Below are positions 39,572 through 50,987 of a stretch of 64,000 nt of DNA, in pieces (within the stretch, counting starts at the first letter, position 1; every line of letters starts with the position of its first letter). Made by a program: the position numbers and the translations under genes. Under the pieces are notes generated by a model. The model saw only the letters and a program-made list of their open reading frames with translations. It was not told the origin of the DNA and did not search any database. Source of the DNA: Callorhinchus milii (Eukaryota); NCBI RefSeq assembly GCF_018977255.1, contig NW_024704748.1, positions 14,570,001 to 14,634,000 on the forward strand, written 5' to 3'.

Positions 39572-40250
39572 GGCCAAGCTCATTTGGTAGTTCTCTCGCC
39601 TCTCAGTCAGTAGGTTGTTAGTTGAAGCCATTGCACAGGACTTTGAACTATTTTTCTTGGTTGAATGTCCAGGGAAGCGCTGCATTATCAGAGGTACTGT
39701 CTTTCACTTGAAACGTTAAACGTCTGCCTTTTCAGATGGATGTAAAAGAAAACGAGAAGGGAGTTTCTCCCAGGGTCTTCACATAAAATTGTTCATTCAC
39801 TTGTGGAGTCCTGTAGCTCAGTGGTTAGAGCATTCACCTTGCAAGGGTTCAATTCCAGACAGGGCAAAACCTTGGGCAAGTTTCCTTACTCCACACGCCT
39901 AATAATATTCCCTCCAAAAAATAAAACAATAATAAATTGGTCATTTTCAATCCACGACTGTATGTGGGACATTGCTATGCGCAATTGGTCGCCTCGTTTC
40001 CCCCACAAATATACGGTCAATTCACTTTACAGCATATTGTGTGAAGCGCTTTGAGACATCCAGAAGATGTGAAAGCGCTATATCAAATGCAAGGATTATT
40101 ATTATACTCATGGCTGTTTATGGGACATTGCTATGTGCATATTAGCTGCTGTAATGCTCACATGGTCTTTGCCTACAGTTATAATAATTACTGTGCTGCA
40201 CACTGAAGACGTGCTTCCAATTTGAAAGGCACTATATCACTTTTTTATTA
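39572..40250 (+). mobile_element. Old DeuSINE split by insertion of the 39805-40105 SINE
   Basis: 5' part (GGTAGTTCTCTCGCCTCTCAGTCAG...GAGGTACTGTCTTTC..GAAACGTTAAA...GGAGTTTCTCC) to ~39800; resumes at ~40106 CTCATGGCTGTTTATGGGACATTGC... to tail GAAAGGCACTATAT. Confidence 0.7.
39805..40105 (+). mobile_element. Young tRNA-derived SINE, same family (small deletion in head)
   Basis: GGAGTCCTGTAGCTCAGTGGTTAGAGC...AAGCGCTATATCAAATGCAAGG(ATT)n; aligns by eye to 41142-41459. Confidence 0.9.
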
Positions 40251-40521
40251 TTTTAAATTCTCCCTTAACAACCCCTTCCCCCTAAAAGATTAATATTTAT
40301 TCCATGATCTGTATTGCAATCAGCAATTATAATTTTATTTCAAACATTTCCTTATAAGAGGAAATTCTTATATAAATCACGAGTTTTTTTTCATTCCATC
40401 AAAAGTATGAGCTACTACTAGGAGCCGCATGCAGTCTTACCAGTTTCTGCAAGGGGGATTTACAGACACTCCTTGGTCACAATATTTAACACTTTATATC
40501 GCTCTGTTCTGTCAATTACAG

Positions 40522-40671
40522 GAAGTGCTGGAGCTGGAAAGGAGCCTGGGGGGATATTTGCTCGAGGAACCCAAAAGCTTGCTGTTTAAAGACAGTTACC
40601 ATAACCTGCGGCTTTCCATCCATGATATTCCTCACTCACTTTGGAGGAGCAAATTACTGGCCAAATATCAG
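40522..40671 (+). CDS. UNC5B: UNC5B exon 14 (150 nt), UPA
   Basis: caattacag|GAAGTGCTG...TATCAG|gttgga; [50 protein letters not shown]. Confidence 0.96.
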
Positions 40672-41141
40672 GTTGGAAAATGTTCTTCAAATACCTCTAA
40701 GAGCTGAGATAAAGAAAAAAGTTGTTGTATTGGGGAGTTCATCTCATTCCAGTGTTTTGCTTCGTAACAGCCTTTACATTTGATAGCATCAAGATCTTGA
40801 GCAATAAATACTGTACTGTAATTAAACTGAAAACATCAGTGAATCATTAATATGTAATTGCCTGTTTTGTATTTATTAATCTTTAATAAGGAAAAATGCT
40901 TTATGAATTCCAGATTTGAAAGCTAAAAGCAGAAACCATTCAGTGAGCATGTATAAAGCTGGTTGTGCAGGAGATTGTGAGAAGAGGCCTTTTGATGCAT
41001 TTATTAACCAATAAAGAGCTACAATGGTTCTGTATTGGCTGTAACAAATGTGGTCTACAAAAGTCCAGTGTTTGATCCCTGGTCCATGCTAAGCTAGGTG
41101 CTTGTAACCAGGGAAGTATTAGGGCACTATAGTTTGTTTGT

Positions 41142-41459
41142 GGAGTCCTGTAGCTCAGTGGTTAGAGCACTCGCTTTGCAAGTGAGAGACCTGAGTTCAA
41201 TTCCAGGCAGGGCGAAACCTTGGGCAAGTTTCCTTACTCCACACGCCTAATAATAATCCCTCCAAAACCAAAAAACAATAATAAAATTGGTCATTTTCAA
41301 TCCATGACTGTTTGTGGGACATTGCTGTGCGCAATTGGCTGCCGCGTTCACTCACAAATATACAGTCAATTCACTTTACAGTATATTCTGTGAAGCGCTT
41401 TGGGAAGTCTAGAAGATGTGAAAAGCGCTATATCAAAAGCAAGGATTATTATTATTATT
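41142..41459 (+). mobile_element. Full-length young tRNA-derived SINE (tRNA-Ala-like head, Deu-like core, L2-like tail)
   Basis: GGAGTCCTGTAGCTCAGTGGTTAGAGC (A box), anticodon-like arm CTCGC-TTTGCAA-GTGAG, GAGTTCAATTCC (B box), core TGTGGGACATTGCTGTGCGCAATTGGCTGCCGCGTT, tail GCGCTATATCAAAAGCAAGG(ATT)n; close copies at 39805 and 22566-22878. Confidence 0.9.
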
Positions 41460-42072
41460 CAGTGTTCCTTCACACCTCTCCCGCTACCTCCTTTTCTCAT
41501 CCAGCAAGTTGAAAACCAGCCAGAATTCCTACTCTGCTGGAATATGTTTGTGTGTTGATTGGGTAAAGACAGCTGGAATTTACTGTCGAGGCTCACACAA
41601 TATCAGTGGTCAGTTGGACAGGTGCTATTGGATTGCAAAGCCGTGTGGCACTGAAGCCCAGTTTCCCCCCTCACTTGTTGGCTGGTTCCTGAGCTACTGC
41701 TTCAAAAAAAGTCCTTTATTTTCATTGGGGAAAAAAAATCTTGAACTCAACTTACATTTACATAGCTCCCTTCATGTTGGGAAGATGTTCCAAAGCGTTT
41801 CTGAATGAAACTCTTGTTCTGTATATTGACAGTATATTCAACTGTATTTATGCTTACATCAAGGATGCTCAGCAGTGACAAATGTTGTGATCTTGGTCTC
41901 TGCCTACCAGTGTATTGCTGGTTACTGTTTCCATTGTAGAGATGTTGTAGGGTAGGCATTAGTGTGGTTCTGCGGGAGCGATTCTGGAATCCCATTAAGA
42001 GGATTCAGGTGATGGTTGTAAACCACACGGGTGGGAACTCATTAAAATCTTTCTGTTCCCTCACTTACTCAG

Positions 42073-42237
42073 GAAATTCCATTTTACCACATCTGGAGTG
42101 GCAACCAGCGAGGACTGCACTGCACCTTCACCCTGGAGAGGTACACTCTGGCGTCCACAGAACTCTCCTGTAAAATCTGTGTCAGACAAGTGGAGGGGGA
42201 AGGCCAGATATTCCAGCTACACACAACTATTGGAGAG
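42073..42237 (+). CDS. UNC5B: UNC5B exon 15 (165 nt), UPA
   Basis: cacttactcag|GAAATTCCA...GGAGAG|gtaaaa; [55 protein letters not shown]. Confidence 0.96.
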
Positions 42238-42377
42238 GTAAAACCAACCTGACTTGAGAGTAAACTAACCCGGCTGCAATAATGAAACACTTTGGGTGCG
42301 TGACAAACATTTAGATATGAGGTTCATGTATACAGAGGATGCAAAGGGACAGAATTGCATTTGGATAGCTATAGATT

Positions 42378-42605
42378 TGTCCCCACTCTCTGGAACTCCA
42401 TCTCAAAGTCCATCCAACTTGCTCCCACCCTCATTCAAGGTCCATCTCAAAACCTACCTCTTCGACCACACTTTCAGTCATCTCTCCTTTCCCACCGCCC
42501 TGGTCTTCACCTGCAGCTTGTGTGCCAAGCCAGTATTCTTAGGTTCCTTGGGTATCCTCCTAAAGTGAAACATGCTATATAAATTAGTATTGTATTGTTG
42601 ATATT
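42378..42605 (+). mobile_element. L2 3' end in intron 15
   Basis: CTCTGGAACTCC, TTCAAGGTCCATCTCAAAACCTACCTCTTCGACC (FKVHLKTYLFD), tail GTGAAACATGCTATATAAAT. Confidence 0.75.
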
Positions 42606-42631
42606 CATTATTTTTTCTTCCCATTTTACAG

Positions 42632-42810
42632 AATGTTAAATGTGTCAGTCCATTTCACACACCAGCTGGCAATAACATGGCCACCCAGGTGGGCCCTTAT
42701 GCCTTTAAAATTCCATACTCCATTAGGCAGAAGATCTGCACCAGCCTGGATGCACCAAACACTAGAGGCAATGACTGGAGACTCCTAGCACAGAAACTAG
42801 GGGTTGACAG
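42632..42810 (+). CDS. UNC5B: UNC5B exon 16 (179 nt), death domain N-terminal part
   Basis: ccattttacag|AATGTTAAA...GACAG|gtgagc; [59 protein letters not shown](R). Confidence 0.95.
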
Positions 42811-43687
42811 GTGAGCAGCGCTCATTGACAATAAAAATCATAGTTGAATATCTGTGCAACAAATGAACAATTGTCTAGAATGGTTTAGTGGGTAAACTCA
42901 TAGTAAATGGATTCATTCTGACCTAAAAGGTCCTATACTCAGTCCCAAGACTATGATGAGTTAGCTGATCTCAACTAGGGTAACAGTTTAGGTGCCAAAT
43001 TAAAACTGTTTCAATTAGTATTCAGTTCCACTCAAAGCAGATCACCAATATTGAATGGTACAATTGAATTGCTTGCATTCACTACAAGGTAGCCTGGAAC
43101 TCTTTGACTGACAATTGCAAAGTAGATTCTATGAGCAATTCAGGTTACTCTACATTGGAACTGCCACTATAAACAGAGCAAAAAAGTACTGAGAAGTGCC
43201 TGTATCATCACCATTTTGAGAGTGTGACTGGTCCAGCAAACATGAAGAACATGGAGTGAATTTGTTCACCTTTTATAACTTGATTGTGGCTAATGGCTAC
43301 AAATCCTTTGACTCTGCTAACAAAATGGATAAACCAGTCATAAAAATATTAATAAAAAGCTGAATTTCTAGTGCTGTGACAAGGTGAATCACAGAGGTTC
43401 TGAATTTCTATTTCTCAATGAGATTCCTTAGTAAGTAATTCAAGCTGTGCAAATGCGAACTCCTTCCAGTGACTGGAAGTGCATTGCACCAACCCATGGG
43501 AAATCCACCCCACTCTACCTGCACCCATAACAGAGTTCCCACAAGTTGATGGGAACTCTCACGGAATTCCTTTGCACGAAATCATGTTGAGAAATACAAT
43601 TCTTTGCGTGCAGGAAATGTTGCTAATGTTGCATCAATCCAACACCAAAAGCTTTACGAAGGATGTTTTGTTTTCTCTCATGTTCAG

Positions 43688-43850
43688 ATATCTCACCTAT
43701 TTTGCGACAAAAGTTAGTCCGACTGGAGTCATCCTGGACTTGTGGGAAGCGCAGCACCAAGATGATGGAGACATAAACTCCCTTGCTAGTGCCCTCGAGG
43801 AAATGGGCAAGAGTGATGTGATGGTAGTCATAGCAACGGAAGAATGCTGA
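43688..43850 (+). CDS. UNC5B: UNC5B exon 17 coding part, death domain C-terminus and stop
   Basis: catgttcag|ATATCTC...TGCTGA; [53 protein letters not shown]; ends in Cys as UNC5A/B do. Confidence 0.96.
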
Positions 43851-46780
43851 AATGTGGATAACCTTTGCAACACAATGCTGAAACTCTAGCATCTATGGTA
43901 ACTGTTGTAGGACTGGGTCTCCTGCTCAACACAGCAGCAAGCAGATTAGGACATAGCATTTTATACAGAGAGCTGCAGATGTCAAGTACAATCTAGACAA
44001 ACTTTTTCTTCTATCAAAGCTTTGGACAGCTTATAAAGGTCAACAGTTTCTTAGGAAACGCATTTAATTTATTATCCATATCTTTGGATGCTTTTTGCTT
44101 TATATTGAAACTTTGTATGAAACCCAAGGAATTGTTTACATACCTTGTCTATGTAGACGTTGTTCAGATAATAATGCACAAGTTTTACAGGAGAAGGAGG
44201 AGAGGAGGTCCAAGCTGCACACACACACACACCTGTTTACGGACATATCGCAGATGCAGTCAGGCAGTACAGTTGCAATCCTCGGGGCTACTTGTGGCAT
44301 TTTTATTCTGTTTCATTTTATTTCTGTACGACAAAAGAAATCCTCCTTTCAGACTCGAAGAAAGGTTGACTCAGAGTTATTTTTTTTGCTTGTATTACAT
44401 CTGTCTGGAATTCTCCTTTCTAGACCCATCATTTCCAAAGCTTTTCTCGCTCATATTGTCTGTCTAAAATGACCAATTAGCAGGAAGTACTTTGAAACTT
44501 CAATGCAGGTATTCTGAACTCCCATAACCCTGATAAAATACATTGCAGTGGTTCCCACCCATTCTGCACAATGGTGTAGTCCAGTATTAAGATGGTTTAA
44601 GACTGAAGACAGTGCAGCAAAGCAATACCAGTTTAGTGAAAGAATCTGCTATGGCCAAGCACATATGAAATGTTCCTGCCCAGCAACACTACAATGTCCT
44701 CACATAATACAAAGATACAATTTATAGTCTGACTGAATACTTGTGATTTCCCCCCCAGCTCCAGACAGATAATTTGGGGTTTGACAAGAATTATTATGGA
44801 TGCAGGGATTTTACTGTTTCAAATGTTGTGAGATTTCAGTAACATTTATCATCTCTAACTTGACTTTTGTTACTGAAATGAAGAGAAAATGCTGTAAATC
44901 AATTGGCGTCTGAAGGAGGAAGATAGCTGAATGTTTGCAGTGGGATTCCTCATCCCTTTTCTGATTAAGGATCCTGCACTAGTTTTCTCTTCCAGATGCT
45001 GTATTGACCCATTATCAGTTTCTTCGATTTTCTACCTTGACTTCAAATCTGCAGCATTTTATCTTGTATTGCTCGTTACTGTTTATTTTTATTTGAACAC
45101 AAAATGGAGTAGGGCACTAGGGTTGATGGGATGTCATAGTGGGGAAATGCACATGCATGCCTGTTGATGGTGAGCAGTGTTTAATTTGCCTCTGGTTAAG
45201 GTTTCACACTTTTTCTCCAGCCATACCCCCCTTTCCCAAATTACCGTGTACTACATCTTTTTTAATGAAAAGAAGTATCAGTTGGCACACAAATAGGGTA
45301 CTTCACCAAAACCCTGCTCAGTCAAACCTCACTGATATAACTTGGGCCCCTAACGATTGGGGTCTCTTATTGCCTTGTTATGGTTTAGAAACATGGGAAC
45401 TGGAACAAATGAAGCCTCTTTAAAGCACTTGGAATGGAATGTTGAAATGGTTGTGAAATAAATGTGCTGAAAGTGCTTCATGTAGGAAAAGAGTTGCCTT
45501 TTTGTAATGAGCAACTTGTCCAAAATGTTCACTGGCAGAACATTGTCCAGCAGTTAAGGTCATTTTACACAAATCCCTCAGATAACAGAACCCCCTCCAC
45601 CTCGGGATGCCCTCAAGAAGAGTTTCTGAGTTGACTCCTGGCTTAGGGACAAATACCCAATGATGTCTTACTCCAATGCAAACTTGCCTTTTAAAAAAAA
45701 AACACCTTAGATTATTTTAGGTGTTGGAACAGACCTTTCAGTAATATTTGTTTATGGACACTTATGAGATCTTTTACATTTCCATTGATTTTGAAAGATC
45801 TTTAGCTGACTAAAAGGTAAAGTCAACCTGAAATAGATTGACTTGTGTTGGATGTAGGAGTGTGTGACGTATTTGATATTAATGTGGTGTTGGTATGAAT
45901 CTGAATAAGAAATACATAAAACTGCACCATAAAATGGTACAAATATCACTTATTTGTAAATGTTGCCTTTTTAATTGTTTTTAATATTTGGTTCAACAGG
46001 ATATCAAGTTAGCTTAACGTATATTTTATTATGAAACTCATTAAGCTACATCAATAAGTATGTGAATGATTTTTTTAAATGATTGTTTTTTCTGTTCCAT
46101 TTATTATCATTTTACATTAGTTATCCAGCATTCAGTTACTGCAACTGAAGTACACAAAATCACACACTCCTATTTGATCTCTTTTTAACGGAAGAATTTA
46201 TATATAATATGTACAGCCAGCAGTGAGCTAAAATGTCAGCGGGTTATGAATTATTGCTCTAGATGCTTAGTTTTTATAAAATTATATTTGAAAGATTCAT
46301 TACGACTCTTGGGGCTATTTCTTACAATGGTGTAATTAAGATTTCAAACCAGGATTAACAATAATTCTGCTGACTGCTGAAGGGAGGTTGGCATTTACCT
46401 TTTAGCAGCTGCTAACCAGTATTTTGCAGTATTCTTTGGTGATGTTGGCTGAAGGTGTTTTAATCAATAATCCTCCTTCTGCTATGGTAAGGGTATCATT
46501 ACACCAAGCAGTTAGCAAATAGTGCTTTTATTTCTTTTGTTCACTCCCAAGTGCTATGCAAGTACATAGGTTATTCATTTTCAGACTTACCTTAAAGGCA
46601 GCAGTTCTTTATGTATACTTTTCATATTTATATGTATAGAAAGTACTAGAATCTATTGCTGTGTCCCTCTTTTCATGTATTTGTTCATTCTGTAAACTAC
46701 CAATTGTAAATACGTTTAGCATTCCTATTGTAACAAATTAATTTTTATGCAATAAATTATATTTCCTAGTTTAATGAATC
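43851..46780 (+). other. UNC5B 3'UTR (approximate end)
   Basis: AU-rich sequence after the stop with no obvious SINE/LINE tails, ending at AATAAA followed by a U-rich tract. Confidence 0.6.
46751..46756 (+). terminator. Polyadenylation signal AATAAA
   Basis: tttttatgcAATAAAttat; several TGTA motifs upstream (46620-46735); U-rich downstream element tgctttctttttt at ~46791-46803. Confidence 0.65.
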
Positions 46781-47539
46781 AAATGCTGCATGCTTTCTTT
46801 TTTAAAATGTAATGTTTCTCATGTTTGTGCTTAAGATTGCAAGAGCTTCTGGGTCAATTGCAGTTAATTTTACCGCAATTTTCTTTCCAAACCTGTGACT
46901 TATTGCTGTACTGACAACAACTTTATTAATAGCACATGAGACCTCGGTTTAACATCTCCTAAGAAGGACGGCATGCTTGACAATGCAGCACTCCCCAACA
47001 CAGACCTGGTGTGCCAGCCCAGACTATAAGTTGATCTGACCTTTGTGTGGATTGTTTTATTTTGCAGCAGGGAAGATGCTGTTTGCTCAGATTGCTGATG
47101 AAAACACAGCAGGTGTGACCTTTGATTGTCTTTGACATCAAATCATTCTGCTACCATTTTGCCACTGAGTGGTGAGAATGCCTTACTGCTATTATCTACA
47201 AAGAAACACATTTCAGCATCATATCTATTCTGCCTTTTATTTGAAACATTACCAAAAATGTGAAGATTATTATTATAAACTGATAACTTGCACAGCAGGT
47301 TTCGTGGAGGCTCAGCTCTATCATAGAGATTATTGCATTTTAACTCATCTGGAAAGTAATACAGTGGTAATGAACCAAAGAGATTTCATTTTAATCCAAT
47401 AGACAAAAACAATTACAAGGATTGGATGAAACGCTGTGCTTTTTTTTTAATCTTTGTAATCTTGGACTTTTGACCCTCATTATTGCTAGGAGCAAAAAAC
47501 TTGAAGAAAATGCATTGTACTAAGAAGGCAAATAAACAA

Positions 47540-47800
47540 AAGCTTATATTTATATAGCGCCCTTCACACAGGGTTGAGTCTCTTGAGTGCTTAACTGTGG
47601 TGGAACTTGACACGAAGCCAGGGAGAGAGGGGAGGTGACTGTAGACCCGGGCAAAGAGTAAGATCTTCAGGTGCGATCAGAAAACAGCAAAGAGGGGGCT
47701 CGGCAACGGGATTGAGCCTGAGAATTCCAGAATTTCAACAACAACTTGCACTGATATAGCGCCCTTCACATGGGGTAGTGTCCTGGAGCGCTTATAATAA
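47540..47800 (-). mobile_element. Two L2 3' tails, reverse strand
   Basis: TTTATATAGCGCCCTTCACA...GAGTGCTTAAC and AACAACAACTTGCACTGATATAGCGCCCTTCACATG; reverse complement of the tail at ~52180-52245. Confidence 0.7.
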
Positions 47801-49389
47801 TTTCGGGACATGATGGCTAAAAGCATGATGGTGGAATGAAGGGGATGACGGACATGCAGAAGGCCAGAGCCGTCTGAGCAAAGGGAGTGGATAGAATAGG
47901 GGAGTATTATTGGGTCAAAAAGGTAGGGAGGTGCTAGGAAGTGAATTGTATGCGAATGTGAGGACCTGTAATGAGAATTCCCAGGATGAGGTGCTAGTTT
48001 CAGTGTTTGAATTTCAAAGGAAAGGCGCTGGTTTCACCTGGTCATGGATTTTTACAAAAATTGTTGGATCAAAATGTAATCTCTGGGCTGTCTTCCACTG
48101 TAGTAGTGCACAGATGTGTGGCCAAATGATATGTTGCTTATTACAAATGGAATTCGATGTCCAGCAAGGTCCTAACCTCTAGAGAACCATCTGGAAGTAT
48201 GCTGGATGACCCTACATGGGAATAGAACAGGAATGTTGGAGCATCTCTCAGTCTGCCTGCTCTCACATACTTTCAGTGGTGTTTTCCCAGGCAGAGCCCT
48301 GGGTATTTATTTAGAAGAGTAGATTTTCTTTGTGTATGTGTGTGAGTTCATCAGCGATCCATGTACATTAATTCATATTTCATGGAAACTCAAGTCCCAA
48401 AGCCTTGGATTTTGCCAGTCTTTGCCTAATACTCTCCAGATTAGGAAAGCATCCTTCCAGAGAGAGTACACATTCCAACGCATGTGAATTTACAGATGTA
48501 GGTGAGATATATGGAACTCGTGAAATTGGTTTGGATACTCCAGCTTGGTGATGGATTTCCATGTATGTTAGACACCCAGCTGACCAAAGGAAGAAATTTG
48601 TGTCAATGAGGCTATTTTAGTAAGATCAGCTACATAAGTGCCTCTTTCTCTAAAGACCCGTAAACATGGTGCAATTTATACTAAGTTGGTTGTCCTATGC
48701 CATCTTGGTTTAAGGTCATCTTTGCACCAGTGTGATTTATAAAGTAGTTTTCACAGAATAATATTAACATTTAATATGTTCAATATCAAAGGTTCAGTCT
48801 CTCCTCCCAAATTCATCTTTGCAGGATCTGCATCGTATTTGACAAAATACTTCAAACATAAACTCTGAAATTATTGCACAATTCAGTGAGACCATCACAA
48901 AGTTTATTTCCCTGGTTCCCAAACTTAAGAATTTATTCTTACTGAAATATCTAAAACAAGTTTTACACAATTAGAAATAATTAATATGATACAATGTTAT
49001 TGTTTGGATAAGATCTTTTGATGAAAATTAAGTCACTTTAAACATGTAAATACTGTATTACCAGAATTTATGTACCCTTCTTGTGACCATAACAGCAATC
49101 ACTTGGATAAAAGGTTTGATCTTTGATCTATGACTTTTGAAGGATGGACTTACCGTTGAAGCTATTCAAGGACAATGCCAGACACATTAGAGTAGCAGCA
49201 TCAGGCTGGTTACAATAGAGGAGAAATTTGTAAGTAGGAATCCATCTTCAAAAATCTTGGCAACCCAATTCTCCTGATTTTAATGTGTGCCTCACCTTAA
49301 GCCCAGTTTCACAGAAGTCAGTTCCAGGTTCTCACGAAATTGTGACCATTTTTTGGGTGGCACCTAAATATAATTTTGAAAACAATTTG

Positions 49390-50987
49390 AAACTGTTAGC
49401 ACTAAAAAGTGACAAATCCCCTGGTCCGGATGGCTTGCATCCCAGGCTTTTAAAAGAGGTAGCTTATGAGATAGTGGAGGCCTTATGTCTGATCTTCCAA
49501 AATTCCTTGGATTCTGGAACAGTCCCCATGGATTGGAAGTCGCAAATGTTACACCACTATTTAAAAAAGGTGGAAAGGAAAAGATGGGGAACTATAGGCC
49601 AGTTAGTCTCACATCAGTGATAGGAAAAATTTTAGAATCATTGATTAAGGATGTAGTAGTGCGGTATTTAGGGGAGCACAATATAATTAGGCCAAGTCAG
49701 CATGGCTTTACAAAAGGGAAGTCATGTTTGATAAATCTCATAGAGTTTTTTGAGGACATTTCCAGTAAACTAGATAAGGGTGAATCAGTGGATGTGGTCT
49801 ATTTGGACTTCCAGAAGGCATTCGATAAGGTGCCGCATACAAGGTTAGTCCAAAAGATAAGGGCCCATGGAATTGGGGGAGCATATTAACGTGGATTGGG
49901 GAATGGTTAACGGGTAGGAAACAAAAAGTAGGGATAAATGGGTCTTTTTTGGATTGGCGGGATGTGACTAGTGGAGTGCCACAAGGATCAGTCCTTGGGC
50001 CTCAGCTATTTACCATCTACATCAACGATCTAGATGAGGACATCGAAGCTAATATATCTAAATTCGCAGATGACAAATAACTAGGAGGAAGTGCCAAAAC
50101 AGAGGACAACATTAAAAAAATGCAGCAAGATAGGTTAGATGATTGGGCAGGTAGGTGGCAGATGAAGTATAATGTAGGGAAGGGCGAGGTCATCCACCTA
50201 GGTAGCAAAAACAGTAGAGCGGGTTATTTTTTAGAAGGGGAGAGATTGGAATGTGTTAGCGTCCAGAGGGACTTGGGGGTTCTTGTACACCAATACAGAA
50301 AGTTAGTCTGCAGGTGCAGCAAGCAATTAGGAAGGCGAACGGTATGTTAGCATTCATCATGAAAGGATTAGAGTATAAGAGTAGGGAAGTCTTGCTGCAA
50401 CTGTATAGGGCCTGGTGAGACCACACCTGGAATACTGCGTCCAGTTTTGGTCTCCTCATTTAAGGAAGGACGTACTTGCCTTGGAGGGGGTGCAGCGTAG
50501 ATTTACTAGGTTAGTGCCATGGATGAATGGGATGAGTTACGAGGATAGGCTGACCAATTTGGGCCTATATTCTCTAGAATATGGAAGAATTAGAGGGGAT
50601 CTTATAAGATCCTATAAGATCATCAAAGGGCATGATAGAGTAGATAGTGGGAGATTGTTTTCCCTGGTTGGACAAACTAAAACCAGGGGTCACTACCTTA
50701 AAATCAGAGGCCAACCCTTTCGCACTGAGTTGAGGAAGAACTTCTTCACTCAAAGGGTGGTGAATGTATGGAACTCACTACCCCAAAGGGCTGTTGACGC
50801 TCTGTCCTTGAACATATTCAAGACTGAGATAGATGGATTTCTTATTGCAGAGGGGATTAAGGGATATTGGGATAAGGCAGGGTCAGGTTATTAGCTGGAG
50901 TTTGATTAGAAGATCAGCCATGATTGAATGGCGGGGCAGGCTCGAAGGGCCGAATGGCCTACTCCTGCTCCCTACATGTTATGTTAT
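49390..50987 (+). mobile_element. 5'-truncated CR1 LINE (RT-domain pseudogene plus 3'UTR)
   Basis: [62 protein letters not shown] followed by a stop, RPHLEYCVQFWSP, FFTQRVVNVWNSLP; several frameshifts and stops; 3' end GGGCCGAATGGCCTACTCCTGCT...(ATGTT)n. Confidence 0.95.

Larger units (their letters stand above)
4034..46780 (+). other. UNC5B: Netrin receptor UNC5B gene, 5'-partial (exons 2-17 plus 3'UTR; exon 1 upstream of window)
   Basis: 16 GT-AG-bounded exons with compatible phases summing to 2744 nt in one open frame; domain order Ig-Ig-TSP1-TSP1-TM-ZU5-UPA-DD. Paralog call from [39 protein letters not shown] and the 33-nt exon 8, which resemble UNC5B more than UNC5A/C/D (from memory, not a search). 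3' end is approximate. Confidence 0.9.

Noticed and set aside
41142-41213. tRNA-Ala(TGC) gene (also at 39805 and 22806-22878)
   Set aside because: D- and anticodon-like arms are present, but there is no proper acceptor stem and the sequence runs straight into a SINE body and tail in three copies; it is a SINE head.
49485-50894. Functional reverse transcriptase gene
   Set aside because: 5'-truncated, with multiple frameshifts and a stop just after the FADD motif; a dead CR1 copy.
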